The notes below the pieces were generated by a model. It saw nothing but the letters and a program-made list of their open reading frames with translations, was not told the origin of the DNA and did no database searches. From the IMG/VR virus record IMGVR_UViG_3300025030_000050, positions 32,001-96,000 of that record: 64,000 nucleotides of DNA; one strand, given 5' to 3'. The position numbers and the translations under genes are program-made. Positions 1-8,441 of this stretch are shown piece after piece (position 1 is the first letter of the stretch; each line of letters begins with the position of its first letter). This DNA is from a virus.

Positions 1-187
1 TGATAAAAATATTAAAGAACTTACTAAAGAAAACAGAGCCGTTGACAGCAATATCCAAAGGATCAAATTTGCTGTAGTTCTTGGTAATCAATGGTTTGAT
101 GAGTTTGATAATAGAGATGAATGTGATATGGAGTTGGATAGTGTAATGTTTAGTATCAAGCTTGACACTAAAAAGGTTGAGGTATAA
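1..187 (+). CDS. 3' end of a gene truncated by the window edge (C-terminus resembles phage VWA-domain proteins)
   Basis: Frame 2 is open from the window start: ...IQRIKFAVVLGNQWFDEF...KKVEV*; family assignment from memory of the KFAxxLGxxWFDEF motif. Confidence 0.45.
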   Translation, partial: DKNIKELTKENRAVDSNIQRIKFAVVLGNQWFDEFDNRDECDMELDSVMFSIKLDTKKVEV

Positions 188-226
188 GTTTTATTTAATT
201 ACAAATTTATCAGTAAAGGGGACCAA

Positions 227-394
227 ATGTATATTTACAAAGTAATGAAGACATACAAATATACAGAATATGTGGAAGTCGAAGCAAATAACGCCGACGA
301 AGCCGAAGATATAGCGGCTTCGACTGACGGAGAAAATAACAATGACGATTTTTTATATGATTGCAAAGCGATAAGCAAAACTGAAATATCATGA
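227..394 (+). CDS. small acidic hypothetical protein (DpnD/PcfM-like)
   Basis: Below ORF-track cutoff; SD AAGGGG; MYIYKVMKTYKYTEYVEVEANNADEAEDIA...; ATGA overlap with next gene. Confidence 0.6.
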   Translation: MYIYKVMKTYKYTEYVEVEANNADEAEDIAASTDGENNNDDFLYDCKAISKTEIS

Positions 395-648
395 GCAGAG
401 AATATTTTAAATCGCTAGGGAAACTGTATGAGTGCCCAAACCCAAGTCATGAATTTGTAATTGGGAGACTAGTTGGATCTTGGAGATGGGCAAAGGAATC
501 GTGGTGTGATATAAATGATAGAGGATATCTTGTTACGACTTTTATTGGGATTACGACTACTGAAACTCCAAATGGATTAAAATTAATAACCATAACGCTA
601 TGGAAGTTATGTATTTTGTTAGGAATTAAACTGGATAGGGAGAATTAA
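391..648 (+). CDS. hypothetical protein
   Basis: ORF track, coupled by ATGA overlap. Confidence 0.55.
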   Translation: MSREYFKSLGKLYECPNPSHEFVIGRLVGSWRWAKESWCDINDRGYLVTTFIGITTTETPNGLKLITITLWKLCILLGIKLDREN

Positions 649-649
649 T

Positions 650-893
650 ATGGTAAAACATTTTTGTGATATTTGTGGGGCTGAAATATCTGGCACTCCC
701 GCACTTGTTAACCGAATGATGGCAGAAGTAAAAGGAAAAAACATCTACGTTAAAAATAGAAATTATTACAGCAAAAAATAATACGTGGAATGACGGGGAT
801 TTCTGCAAATATTGTATTATCGACGCAGTTGATAAACTTGATGATCGACCGAAAGTTGTATGTTCCTGTACATCACTGCATCATCATAATTGA
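650..893 (+). pseudogene. zinc-finger-like protein (CDIC...CKYC) split by an extra base in an A-run at about 736-741
   Basis: SD GGGAGA; MVKHFCDICG... continues as ...TSTLKIEIITAKNNTWNDGDFCKYC in the next frame; length 3n+1. Confidence 0.55.
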
Positions 894-1192
894 AAAACGA
901 TTGATATAATTAATAGAAGATAAAATATGCTGGTGAATTATGTATTTTATTAGGGATTAAATAAAATAATGAAATTTATAGGACCTAAAGAAAATGTAGA
1001 ACTTATAAGAGAAATAGTAGAATCTCTTGGTAATTATTCACAATACTCTGATTATTGGCGATCAAGACTGAAAGAACCAGGATGCTTGACTAATAAGGTG
1101 TGCTAATGATATTAGAGAAATTCAGAAATTAAGACTAGACCTGTTTAGTCATACCTATAAAAGTTTACGATTTTAATTAAAAAGAGGAATAA

Positions 1193-1396
1193 ATGTGTTT
1201 ATTTTTCCATGATTGGACACGGTGGAGCGATTTTAAAAGGATAAAACAAGTAACAACAGTTATTGACCCTAAGACAAATAAAGAAAAACTATATGGGATG
1301 TTTGAAAGTTGGCAACATAGGAGATGTTTAGATTGCGGTAAGAAACAATGGGAATTGAACGGGAAGCCAAATTGGATTGAAGAGATAATGCAATGA
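1193..1396 (+). CDS. hypothetical protein (MCLFFHDW...RRCLDCG, DUF1660-like)
   Basis: ORF with SD GAGG; His/Cys pattern. Confidence 0.65.
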   Translation: MCLFFHDWTRWSDFKRIKQVTTVIDPKTNKEKLYGMFESWQHRRCLDCGKKQWELNGKPNWIEEIMQ

Positions 1397-1914
1397 ATCC
1401 AGCGCAAGACCGGACCATAAATAAATTTGCCTTAGATGATGAGACTGCAAATATAGGCCATTTACTTTCTGTTTATGACGAGGAATGGAATAAATATGTT
1501 GAAGTCGTGAATAAACTTGAGTCCCAAATCAAGAACATTGAAGAAGAGCAAAAAATTTTAAGAAATCAGTTAATGTTTAAGGCCAAAACAGAATGGGGCG
1601 AATGTGGGTTTGATAAGTCACCAACAGATAAAGTCTCAGAAGCTTATCCATTTACTTGTAAAGAATATATTGATAAGCACAATATCTTAAAATTGAAAAG
1701 AGAAGAATGGGCAAGCGCCAAAACAAAAGCTGAACTTTATCAAAATTATCACTACCAGCTAATAACGAAAGAAAGAGACGTTGAGAGATTGTGGCAAATG
1801 TGGCAAGCCCAATACTTTATTGATTCTAAAAATGGAGGCCAGAACAAACAAGGTCAGGAAGGAATAAATGAATTGACAAACAAATTAAATAGGAAGAAAA
1901 AAGATGGAAATTAA
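1393..1914 (+). CDS. UvsY-like recombination mediator
   Basis: Helical coiled-coil protein of the right size near SSB and RecA; LW...YF C-terminal pattern. Confidence 0.5.
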   Translation: MNPAQDRTINKFALDDETANIGHLLSVYDEEWNKYVEVVNKLESQIKNIEEEQKILRNQLMFKAKTEWGECGFDKSPTDKVSEAYPFTCKEYIDKHNILKLKREEWASAKTKAELYQNYHYQLITKERDVERLWQMWQAQYFIDSKNGGQNKQGQEGINELTNKLNRKKKDGN

Positions 1915-2149
1915 AGAGATTGAAGGTGGGTTTAAACCAATAAAATTGCAGATTGTATTTAACTCAAAAGAAGAACTAATTGCTTTATATCATAGAATGG
2001 ATGTATCTTTAACTAAAGTAAAAGAATCTGTTGGTGAACTGCCAATATACCCGTTTTATGAAAAAGAAGACAACCACGTTTCTTATAAAATTTGGGAATG
2101 GCTTGATAATAAATTGGATGACTTAGAGGAGTCAGAACAAGATGTTTGA
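1904..2149 (+). CDS. hypothetical protein
   Basis: ORF track, overlapping neighbours. Confidence 0.65.
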   Translation: MEIKEIEGGFKPIKLQIVFNSKEELIALYHRMDVSLTKVKESVGELPIYPFYEKEDNHVSYKIWEWLDNKLDDLEESEQDV

Positions 2150-2384
2150 GCTATCAGTCAGCAATGCTTTTCTCTGGATTTTATCAGGACTTATATTTGG
2201 AATAGTTTTTTTATATATTATTCCAAATCTTGTCAAAGGTGTTTTGAATTTATTTTTTTCGATTAAATATTCAAATTATTTTGTACAAAAAATGATTTAT
2301 GAATATACAAAAGAAGGGAAGTCATTTAAAGAAATAGCTAATTTAGTAAATCAAAAAACAAAGGGAGTAAGGAATGGCAACTAA
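2142..2384 (+). CDS. small membrane protein
   Basis: N-terminal hydrophobic helix. Confidence 0.6.
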   Translation: MFELSVSNAFLWILSGLIFGIVFLYIIPNLVKGVLNLFFSIKYSNYFVQKMIYEYTKEGKSFKEIANLVNQKTKGVRNGN

Positions 2385-3486
2385 AAGAAGTGCAATGAAA
2401 GAACAGTTGAAAAAGAGACTAGCAGAACAGCAGGCGGGCAAAAACAAAGGCTTGAATGATTTTGAATCGTATTTTGAAGCGCCGGAAGGGTCAAGCCAGT
2501 GGCAGACAAAGGCGGGCAAAGGGAGTGAAGGCACAGACTACGGATTTGACATTATCCCATTTTATGCAGGTTCTAAATATCCAACTAATGGATATAATAT
2601 CAATGAAGGAGATTTGACTTATACCCTTGACGTGTGGGTTCACTTTAAAGTCGGACCCATGAATAAGCCCGTAGTTTGTCCGCTGAAGAATTATAGCCTG
2701 CCTTGCCCTATTTGCGAAAAGCGAGTAGCTATTCTAGCCGAACGTGGTCAGATGGATAAGGAAGAATACAAAAAGTTTAAGAAAGAAAATGGTTATTTGT
2801 ATCCATCCCGCAGGGTTATGTATAACGTCATTGTTCGTAGCGATGAGAAAGAAGAAAAGAAGGGTATCCAGATCTATGAAATCAGCCATTTCTTTATGGA
2901 GAAAAAGTTACAGGAAGCGGCTAAAAAGCCTCGTGGTGGTGGCTTAGTTTCTTACCCTGATCCGGATGAAGGCAAGACTATTTGGATTAATTTTAGCCTA
3001 TCCGGTGAAGATAGTTGGAGTGTAGGAGTTCCGCAATTTGAAGACCGCGATTATATCATTACCGATGAACAGATTGATGCCGCATACAGGCTTGATGAAC
3101 TACTAGTCAGTTATGAATATGATGAAATTTTAGACATGATGAATGTTAAAGCCAGTCATGTTGCTGAAGAAGAAGTTTGTGAAGATGAACCTCCAGTTGT
3201 TAATCGGAGAAAACCAGCACCTAAAGAAGTTAAAGAAGAAGTCGAAGAAAAAGAAGTTGAGCCAAAACATGAACCTAAACAGAGTGAAACCAGCACTTGT
3301 CCACATGGAGCAAATTTTGGCGTAGATTACGATGAATACACAGAATGTGATAATTGTGTTGTGAATGATGATTGTTTGGCTAAAAAAGAAGCAAATGCTA
3401 TTGCTGAACAGAAGAAAAATGAAAAGAAACCCGTACCAAGGCGAAAACTCAAACAGAATGTGGATGACGATGACATTCCGTTTTAA
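2374..3486 (+). CDS. ssb: single-stranded DNA-binding protein, T4 gp32-like
   Basis: HF...VVCP...PCPICE zinc motif, R.MYNV, acidic DDDDIPF tail. Confidence 0.85.
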   Translation: MATKRSAMKEQLKKRLAEQQAGKNKGLNDFESYFEAPEGSSQWQTKAGKGSEGTDYGFDIIPFYAGSKYPTNGYNINEGDLTYTLDVWVHFKVGPMNKPVVCPLKNYSLPCPICEKRVAILAERGQMDKEEYKKFKKENGYLYPSRRVMYNVIVRSDEKEEKKGIQIYEISHFFMEKKLQEAAKKPRGGGLVSYPDPDEGKTIWINFSLSGEDSWSVGVPQFEDRDYIITDEQIDAAYRLDELLVSYEYDEILDMMNVKASHVAEEEVCEDEPPVVNRRKPAPKEVKEEVEEKEVEPKHEPKQSETSTCPHGANFGVDYDEYTECDNCVVNDDCLAKKEANAIAEQKKNEKKPVPRRKLKQNVDDDDIPF

Positions 3487-3508
3487 TTGTTAGGGATTAG
3501 AATTTAAT

Positions 3509-3601
3509 AAGCCATGGTCTTGCACTGTAATCGCCTCGCAGAAAGGGTAAAGCAAGATGGGGTTAGCGGCGATTTACCTGGTTCGACTCCGGGGTGGCTT
3601 A
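3509..3601 (+). ncRNA. tRNA-like RNA with acceptor stem and T-arm but no canonical D or anticodon arms
   Basis: AAGCCAT/GTGGCTT 7-bp stem; CCTGG-TTCGACT-CCGGG T-arm. Confidence 0.6.
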
Positions 3602-3610
3602 TTTTTAATT

Positions 3611-3755
3611 GGTCTTATGGCGGAATAGGTAGACGCTACCAGATAGCTGGTGATCAGGATATGGCTGACAACATATCCTGCGAAAAGTGAGGGAGGGCCG
3701 ACAACGGTGAATGAACTTGAATCCTCTCATGTAGGTTCAAATCCTACTAAGACCA
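3611..3755 (+). ncRNA. tRNA-Leu-like RNA with a shrunken anticodon arm and a greatly expanded variable region
   Basis: GGTCTTA/TAAGACC acceptor + A73; GCGGAATAGGTAGACGC D-arm; GTAGG-TTCAAAT-CCTAC T-arm; three internal hairpins. Confidence 0.7.
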
Positions 3756-3782
3756 TTTTTTAATTTTATAAAAGGAATAAAA

Positions 3783-4043
3783 ATGGAAGAACTAAATTTA
3801 CAAAATACTTTTGTTATTGGTTATGCTATTGAAATAACTATAAATAATAGAAGAGTGATTTGTGTCAAAAATATAAATTATAAGGGTAATTATATGGGAG
3901 ATATAGAATTCACTACAGATATTAGAAAAGCGTTTTTATATTATTCAGAAGAAGAAGCTGTAAAAATGTTAAAATTTGCTAATTTAGATGTTGATGGGTT
4001 TGAAGTTAAGGAATATCATTTACCAATTACCGATTTTATTTAG
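3783..4043 (+). CDS. hypothetical protein
   Basis: ORF with SD AAGGA. Confidence 0.65.
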   Translation: MEELNLQNTFVIGYAIEITINNRRVICVKNINYKGNYMGDIEFTTDIRKAFLYYSEEEAVKMLKFANLDVDGFEVKEYHLPITDFI

Positions 4044-4058
4044 AAAAGGAGAAAAATT

Positions 4059-4268
4059 ATGAAATGTAATTATTGTGGTAAAAGAATTTGGTTTTGGCAG
4101 AAAAGTCAATCAATAGATATTTTAGGCTCTAATCCTAGACACTATCACTATTTGTGTCTATTTCATAAATTATGGAGCAGTCTTACTGACGCTTCTGGAT
4201 ATTTTGAACGAACTAAAGATAGTGAAAAAAGTTTTAAAATAATGTTTGAGTTGATTAACCGTATTTAG
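4059..4268 (+). CDS. hypothetical zinc-finger protein
   Basis: CNYC...HYLC; SD AGGAG. Confidence 0.65.
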   Translation: MKCNYCGKRIWFWQKSQSIDILGSNPRHYHYLCLFHKLWSSLTDASGYFERTKDSEKSFKIMFELINRI

Positions 4269-4283
4269 AAAAGGAATAAAATT

Positions 4284-4451
4284 ATGAAATACCAAGATCT
4301 TGTAGAAGAAGTAAAAGCTGAAATGATGGAAGAAAAGAAAGACATTGCCAAAGAAGAAATTAGAGAAAAGCTTGTTGAGATTGAAGTTACTGAAAATGTA
4401 TTGGCTGAGATGAAAGAACAACTAGAGACGATGCTTGATAGAGAAATCTAA
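4284..4451 (+). CDS. small coiled-coil protein
   Basis: Below ORF-track cutoff; MKYQDLVEEVKAEMMEEKK...; SD AAGGA; TAATG coupling. Confidence 0.65.
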   Translation: MKYQDLVEEVKAEMMEEKKDIAKEEIREKLVEIEVTENVLAEMKEQLETMLDREI

Positions 4452-4786
4452 TGATTATAATTGGTGATAAAAATAGAATAATTTTGCCATATATGTATGA
4501 TGAAGAATCTTTTATTGAACTGGAAAAACCATTCTTGAAAGATTGCCAGATAACTATGGCTCACGACTGTCATGATGTCACCGCGTCTTGGGGCATGTAT
4601 AAAAATTTTATGCCTGGGTTAATTGAACAAGAAGTAAACTTTAGGTTCGCTTGTGATAAAGTTAATATTGTTCCATCTAATACAGCAAAAGGTTGGTTTG
4701 AAAAATTATCGGAAGAGTTATCGGTTAAAGAACTAATGGGAATAGTCAAAAATAAACTAATGGAAAGAAAACATGGGAAAAGATGA
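4451..4786 (+). CDS. hypothetical protein
   Basis: ORF track, coupled. Confidence 0.65.
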   Translation: MIIIGDKNRIILPYMYDEESFIELEKPFLKDCQITMAHDCHDVTASWGMYKNFMPGLIEQEVNFRFACDKVNIVPSNTAKGWFEKLSEELSVKELMGIVKNKLMERKHGKR

Positions 4787-5096
4787 TTCAAGGATTATGG
4801 CTATTGTTTCTTTGTTTATTTCGAGTTTGGCTGTTGCCACTATGATAATAGAATTTACTTCTTTCAATCATGAGGTTGAAGATTTAAATGAAACAATAAT
4901 GGAGATGAAAAATAAATTAAGTGAAGTGGATCATAACTCAACTTATAGCCAATATGGAGACCTTAAACAAGTTGATGGTAATATTTTTTATTATGGTGGG
5001 GAGCGATTGCCAGTTAACGATGTTGTTGGTATGATTCTTGATGAAATGGGAATGGAAGTTGTTAGCCATAACGGATATGTTTTAGAATCTAAATAA
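4773..5096 (+). CDS. membrane-anchored hypothetical protein
   Basis: N-terminal TM helix then coiled coil. Confidence 0.65.
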   Translation: MGKDDSRIMAIVSLFISSLAVATMIIEFTSFNHEVEDLNETIMEMKNKLSEVDHNSTYSQYGDLKQVDGNIFYYGGERLPVNDVVGMILDEMGMEVVSHNGYVLESK

Positions 5097-5111
5097 ATTA
5101 AAGGAATAGTC

Positions 5112-5393
5112 ATGGAAGATAAAATGACGTTGAAAAATTGTTTAAAGATCATGGTTGATAGTTTAAGAATTCTTGAACAAGCAAAATCAGATTGTGATAC
5201 TGTTTGTCTATCTGCTTGGGACGTACTTATTGAAGACGATAATACAATTGAAGAAAAGGACATCAGTTTTAAAGAAATGCTTAAAATTGCTAAAAGTCTG
5301 GCAAAGAGAAAGTTAAAGAAATTAGAAGAAGAGCACAAAAAATTGGGTCTGTTACTAGAAGAAGTTATGCAAGAAGGAGAAAACAATGAATAG
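5112..5393 (+). CDS. hypothetical protein
   Basis: ORF with SD AAGGA. Confidence 0.6.
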   Translation: MEDKMTLKNCLKIMVDSLRILEQAKSDCDTVCLSAWDVLIEDDNTIEEKDISFKEMLKIAKSLAKRKLKKLEEEHKKLGLLLEEVMQEGENNE

Positions 5394-5532
5394 AAAAAGA
5401 AAAGATGGCGAAACATACGAACAATATAAAGCCAATATGAAAGAAGAAAATAGGCTCATCGACATCAAACTAGAAGGCCGTATTTTCTGGAATTCTAAAG
5501 TAAATGGGACATACACAAAGGTTTATAAATAA

Positions 5533-6621
5533 ATGGCAAAACCTAAGAAAACAGAAGACATAGCCGAACAAATTAAAGAAAGTATTGACTCTCCCGTAAA
5601 TGAAGGAATTGGATTATTCGATAGAGGGACAATATCAACCGGTTCTACTTTACTTGATTTGGAGATTTCCGGAAATAGGACTAAAAATGGAGGTTTGCCA
5701 GGAGGGATTATTGTAGAGATATTTGGACCGAGTGGAGCGGGGAAAACAAGTATTTTGGCAGAAATTTGCGCAAGTGCTAAAGCAAATGGGGGAGACTTTT
5801 TTGTGGCAGACCCAGAAGCAAGACTAGACAAAGAGTATGCAAGGATTTATGGGCTGTCTATCGATAAGACAAGGTATAGTAGACCAGATACAGTACCAGA
5901 AATGTTTGAGAAAATTTGGAATTGGGAGCCAAAGCCAGAAAACCCCAACGCTATTTGTGTATTTGCGGGTGATTCATTAGCTGCTTTGTCAACTTCTATG
6001 GAAATGGAAGATGAAGATAAAATGGGAATGCGGAGAGCAAAAGAATTTAGCGAATGGATGCGCAAAACATGTAGAAAAATTGCGAATAAAAATTGGCTTG
6101 TAGTTCTTACAAATCAAGAAAGGGAATCACCAACAGGCGTGACTACCCCTGGAGGAAAAGCTGTTCCTTACTATAGTTCTTTAAGGATTCGTGTCTCTCC
6201 TCAGATGACTAATAAATATATAACTTCCACAAAAACAATTAATGGCAAAACTTTAGAAAAAAGAAAAGGCGTTAGATCAAAGGCTCAAATTAAGAAAAGC
6301 AGTATTGGAGATCCTTATGGAGAAGCCCCGTATTCATTAATTTTTAACTATGGGATGGATGATTTAAGAGAAAATTTGCAATTTCTAAAAGATTTTATCG
6401 AACCAGAAATAGATGCGACAACTGGGAAGAAAAAATCTGTCCAATATCCTTGTATCGATAACACTTTTGGGACTATTGACAAGGCGATTGAATACGTTGA
6501 AAGTAAAGGGTATGAAAAACAAATTAAACAGATGGTTGTTGATAAATGGCATGAAATTCAAGATTCGTTTAAGACAGAAAGGAAGACAAGGGAAAGAAGA
6601 CAAAGGAAAGAGTTTGAATAA
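5533..6621 (+). CDS. recA: RecA/UvsX-like recombinase
   Basis: ISTGSTLLD, GPSGAGKT Walker A, DSLAAL, NQ.R, TPGGKA..YYSS.R. Confidence 0.95.
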   Translation: MAKPKKTEDIAEQIKESIDSPVNEGIGLFDRGTISTGSTLLDLEISGNRTKNGGLPGGIIVEIFGPSGAGKTSILAEICASAKANGGDFFVADPEARLDKEYARIYGLSIDKTRYSRPDTVPEMFEKIWNWEPKPENPNAICVFAGDSLAALSTSMEMEDEDKMGMRRAKEFSEWMRKTCRKIANKNWLVVLTNQERESPTGVTTPGGKAVPYYSSLRIRVSPQMTNKYITSTKTINGKTLEKRKGVRSKAQIKKSSIGDPYGEAPYSLIFNYGMDDLRENLQFLKDFIEPEIDATTGKKKSVQYPCIDNTFGTIDKAIEYVESKGYEKQIKQMVVDKWHEIQDSFKTERKTRERRQRKEFE

Positions 6622-6622
6622 A

Positions 6623-7492
6623 ATGGACAAACCAATTATTATCGTTGATTCAAGCTATTGGTTTTATCAGCTATTGTTTAAAATGCCGTCTTTATCTTAT
6701 GAAGATCAACAGACTGGGATTATATTTGGAATGATATCTAAAATAATCCAACACGCTAAAAAACTCGATTCTAATAAATTTATTTTTTGTTTTGATTCAA
6801 AGAAGAATAAAAGAAAGAAGATATTTCCAGAATATAAAGAAAAAAGAAACAAGCAAGATCGGACGCCAGAAGAAATACTTGCATTCAAGAATTCATTTGC
6901 TCAACTAAGTGAATTTAGAATGCAAGTATTGCCTAACCTGGGAATTAAAAATAACTTCATACAAACCGGTCATGAAAGTGATGATATTATTGCTTCTATT
7001 ATTTTTGAAAATCCTGGTCAAGATTTTGTAATTATAAGTTCTGATGAAGATCTTTACCAACTTTTGTCTGACAAGGTAAGTATTTATAATTCAAAAACAG
7101 ACAAATTTTATACCAGGAAAAAATTTATTGATGAATATGGGATAAACCCCTCAGATTGGGTGTTGGTAAAAAAGCTTGGAGGTTGCAAGAGCGATTGTGT
7201 ACCAGGGCCAGCAGGTGGTTATAAAACTAAAACGGCGTTAAAATTTATTAAAAATGAATTGCCAGAAACAAATGCTGTTTATAAAATTTTTACTTCTGAA
7301 GCGGGAAGAGAAATATCAATCAGAAATGAGAGATTGGTGAAGCTTCCACTTGAAGGCACACAAGTATTTGAAATAAACACGGACTGGAAATTAGATATCA
7401 AAGATTTCGTCTATATTTGTGATAAGTACGATTTCAGGTCTTTTTTAAATGGAGATGCTTATGGAAAGTGGCAAACCATTATGTGTGAATAA
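6623..7492 (+). CDS. 5'-3' exonuclease / flap endonuclease (T4 RNase H-like)
   Basis: IIVDSS, CFDS, RK.IFPEYK..R, ESDDIIA, SSDEDLYQL, SD..PG; probable start is Met71 of the track ORF. Confidence 0.9.
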   Translation: MDKPIIIVDSSYWFYQLLFKMPSLSYEDQQTGIIFGMISKIIQHAKKLDSNKFIFCFDSKKNKRKKIFPEYKEKRNKQDRTPEEILAFKNSFAQLSEFRMQVLPNLGIKNNFIQTGHESDDIIASIIFENPGQDFVIISSDEDLYQLLSDKVSIYNSKTDKFYTRKKFIDEYGINPSDWVLVKKLGGCKSDCVPGPAGGYKTKTALKFIKNELPETNAVYKIFTSEAGREISIRNERLVKLPLEGTQVFEINTDWKLDIKDFVYICDKYDFRSFLNGDAYGKWQTIMCE

Positions 7493-7646
7493 AGAAAAAT
7501 ACTGGTATTTATTCCACTACGAAGAATGCCCAGTTTGTGGAGCTTCTGAGATATGGAAAGAAAGAATATATGATAAGCCAAAACCAAAAGATTGTGTAGA
7601 TAGAAAAGTTTTTACATATCTAAATTGTTATTGCATAGGAAAATAA

Positions 7647-8225
7647 ATGATTATAGGAATTGATCTTTCTCTTAGAAGCACGGCTATTTGTGCTTTAGAC
7701 TGTCAAAATAATTTAATCTATTTTGAACTTATAAAGTCTAAACCAAATGAAGGAAAGACTAAAAAAGAACAAAATAATGGCCTGCCTATTTTAAATGATG
7801 AAGCCTTGCTTATTTATAATGCAAAATCAATAATTGCTTTTATAAAAATGGCCGAAATGGGGTGGGGTATTGATGGCATTGCAATTGAGGGCTTGAGCTT
7901 TGGCTCTATTTCAGGGAATAAGGACATTATACAAGGCAACTTTTGGTATGTGCGTACAATGCTTTATCAGACTTTTACCAAAATCCCAATTGGCATAATT
8001 CCGGTATCGGCATGGCGCAGTAAAGCCGTAACTAAAGAAGAAAAAGCAAGAGCGAAAGAAAAATATGTCAAGGATTATTTAAAGCATGTAGTTGTAGACG
8101 CTTTGCCAGAAGATGTGAGAACTGAGTTTAAAACCTATATTGATAAAAACGAATACAGTCAAGAAAGTTTATTTGATTTAGCAGATTCATATTTTTTATC
8201 TAAATACAGAAACAGTTTAAGTTAA
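7647..8225 (+). CDS. ruvC: RuvC-like Holliday junction resolvase
   Basis: IIGIDLSLRSTA, IAIEG, DLADS. Confidence 0.8.
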   Translation: MIIGIDLSLRSTAICALDCQNNLIYFELIKSKPNEGKTKKEQNNGLPILNDEALLIYNAKSIIAFIKMAEMGWGIDGIAIEGLSFGSISGNKDIIQGNFWYVRTMLYQTFTKIPIGIIPVSAWRSKAVTKEEKARAKEKYVKDYLKHVVVDALPEDVRTEFKTYIDKNEYSQESLFDLADSYFLSKYRNSLS

Positions 8226-8228
8226 ATT

Positions 8229-8441
8229 ATGGAAACACAAATAGATTTAAAAATTACAAATCAAATGAAGAAAGAAGAAGTGAAAATACTTTTCCTTGTA
8301 TTGTGGGATATTTTAGAATTATCTGAATCAGGCAGGATTAATCCAAATTATAAGAATAATGAAAAATATAGGCAGTTATATTTTAAATTCGGCCATATTT
8401 TACTGGGCAATGAATGTCCAGAAAGAGAAGTCAAATGTTAG
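8229..8441 (+). CDS. hypothetical protein
   Basis: ORF track. Confidence 0.5.
   Translation: METQIDLKITNQMKKEEVKILFLVLWDILELSESGRINPNYKNNEKYRQLYFKFGHILLGNECPEREVKC

Noticed and set aside
969-1176. Possible fourth frameshifted gene (MKFIGPKEN... / ...ANDIREIQKLRLDLF)
   Set aside because: No motif to verify the join; could be a short ORF plus spacer
3656-3680. Calling the 145-nt RNA a tRNA-Val(GAC) or a normal tRNA-Leu(TAG)
   Set aside because: The CUGACAA loop is on the second internal hairpin, not at the anticodon position, and the TAG-containing loop has only 4 nt
6413-6622. 70-aa N-terminal extension of the exonuclease in the ORF track
   Set aside because: Overlaps recA in another frame; homology begins at MDKPIIIVD (6623)
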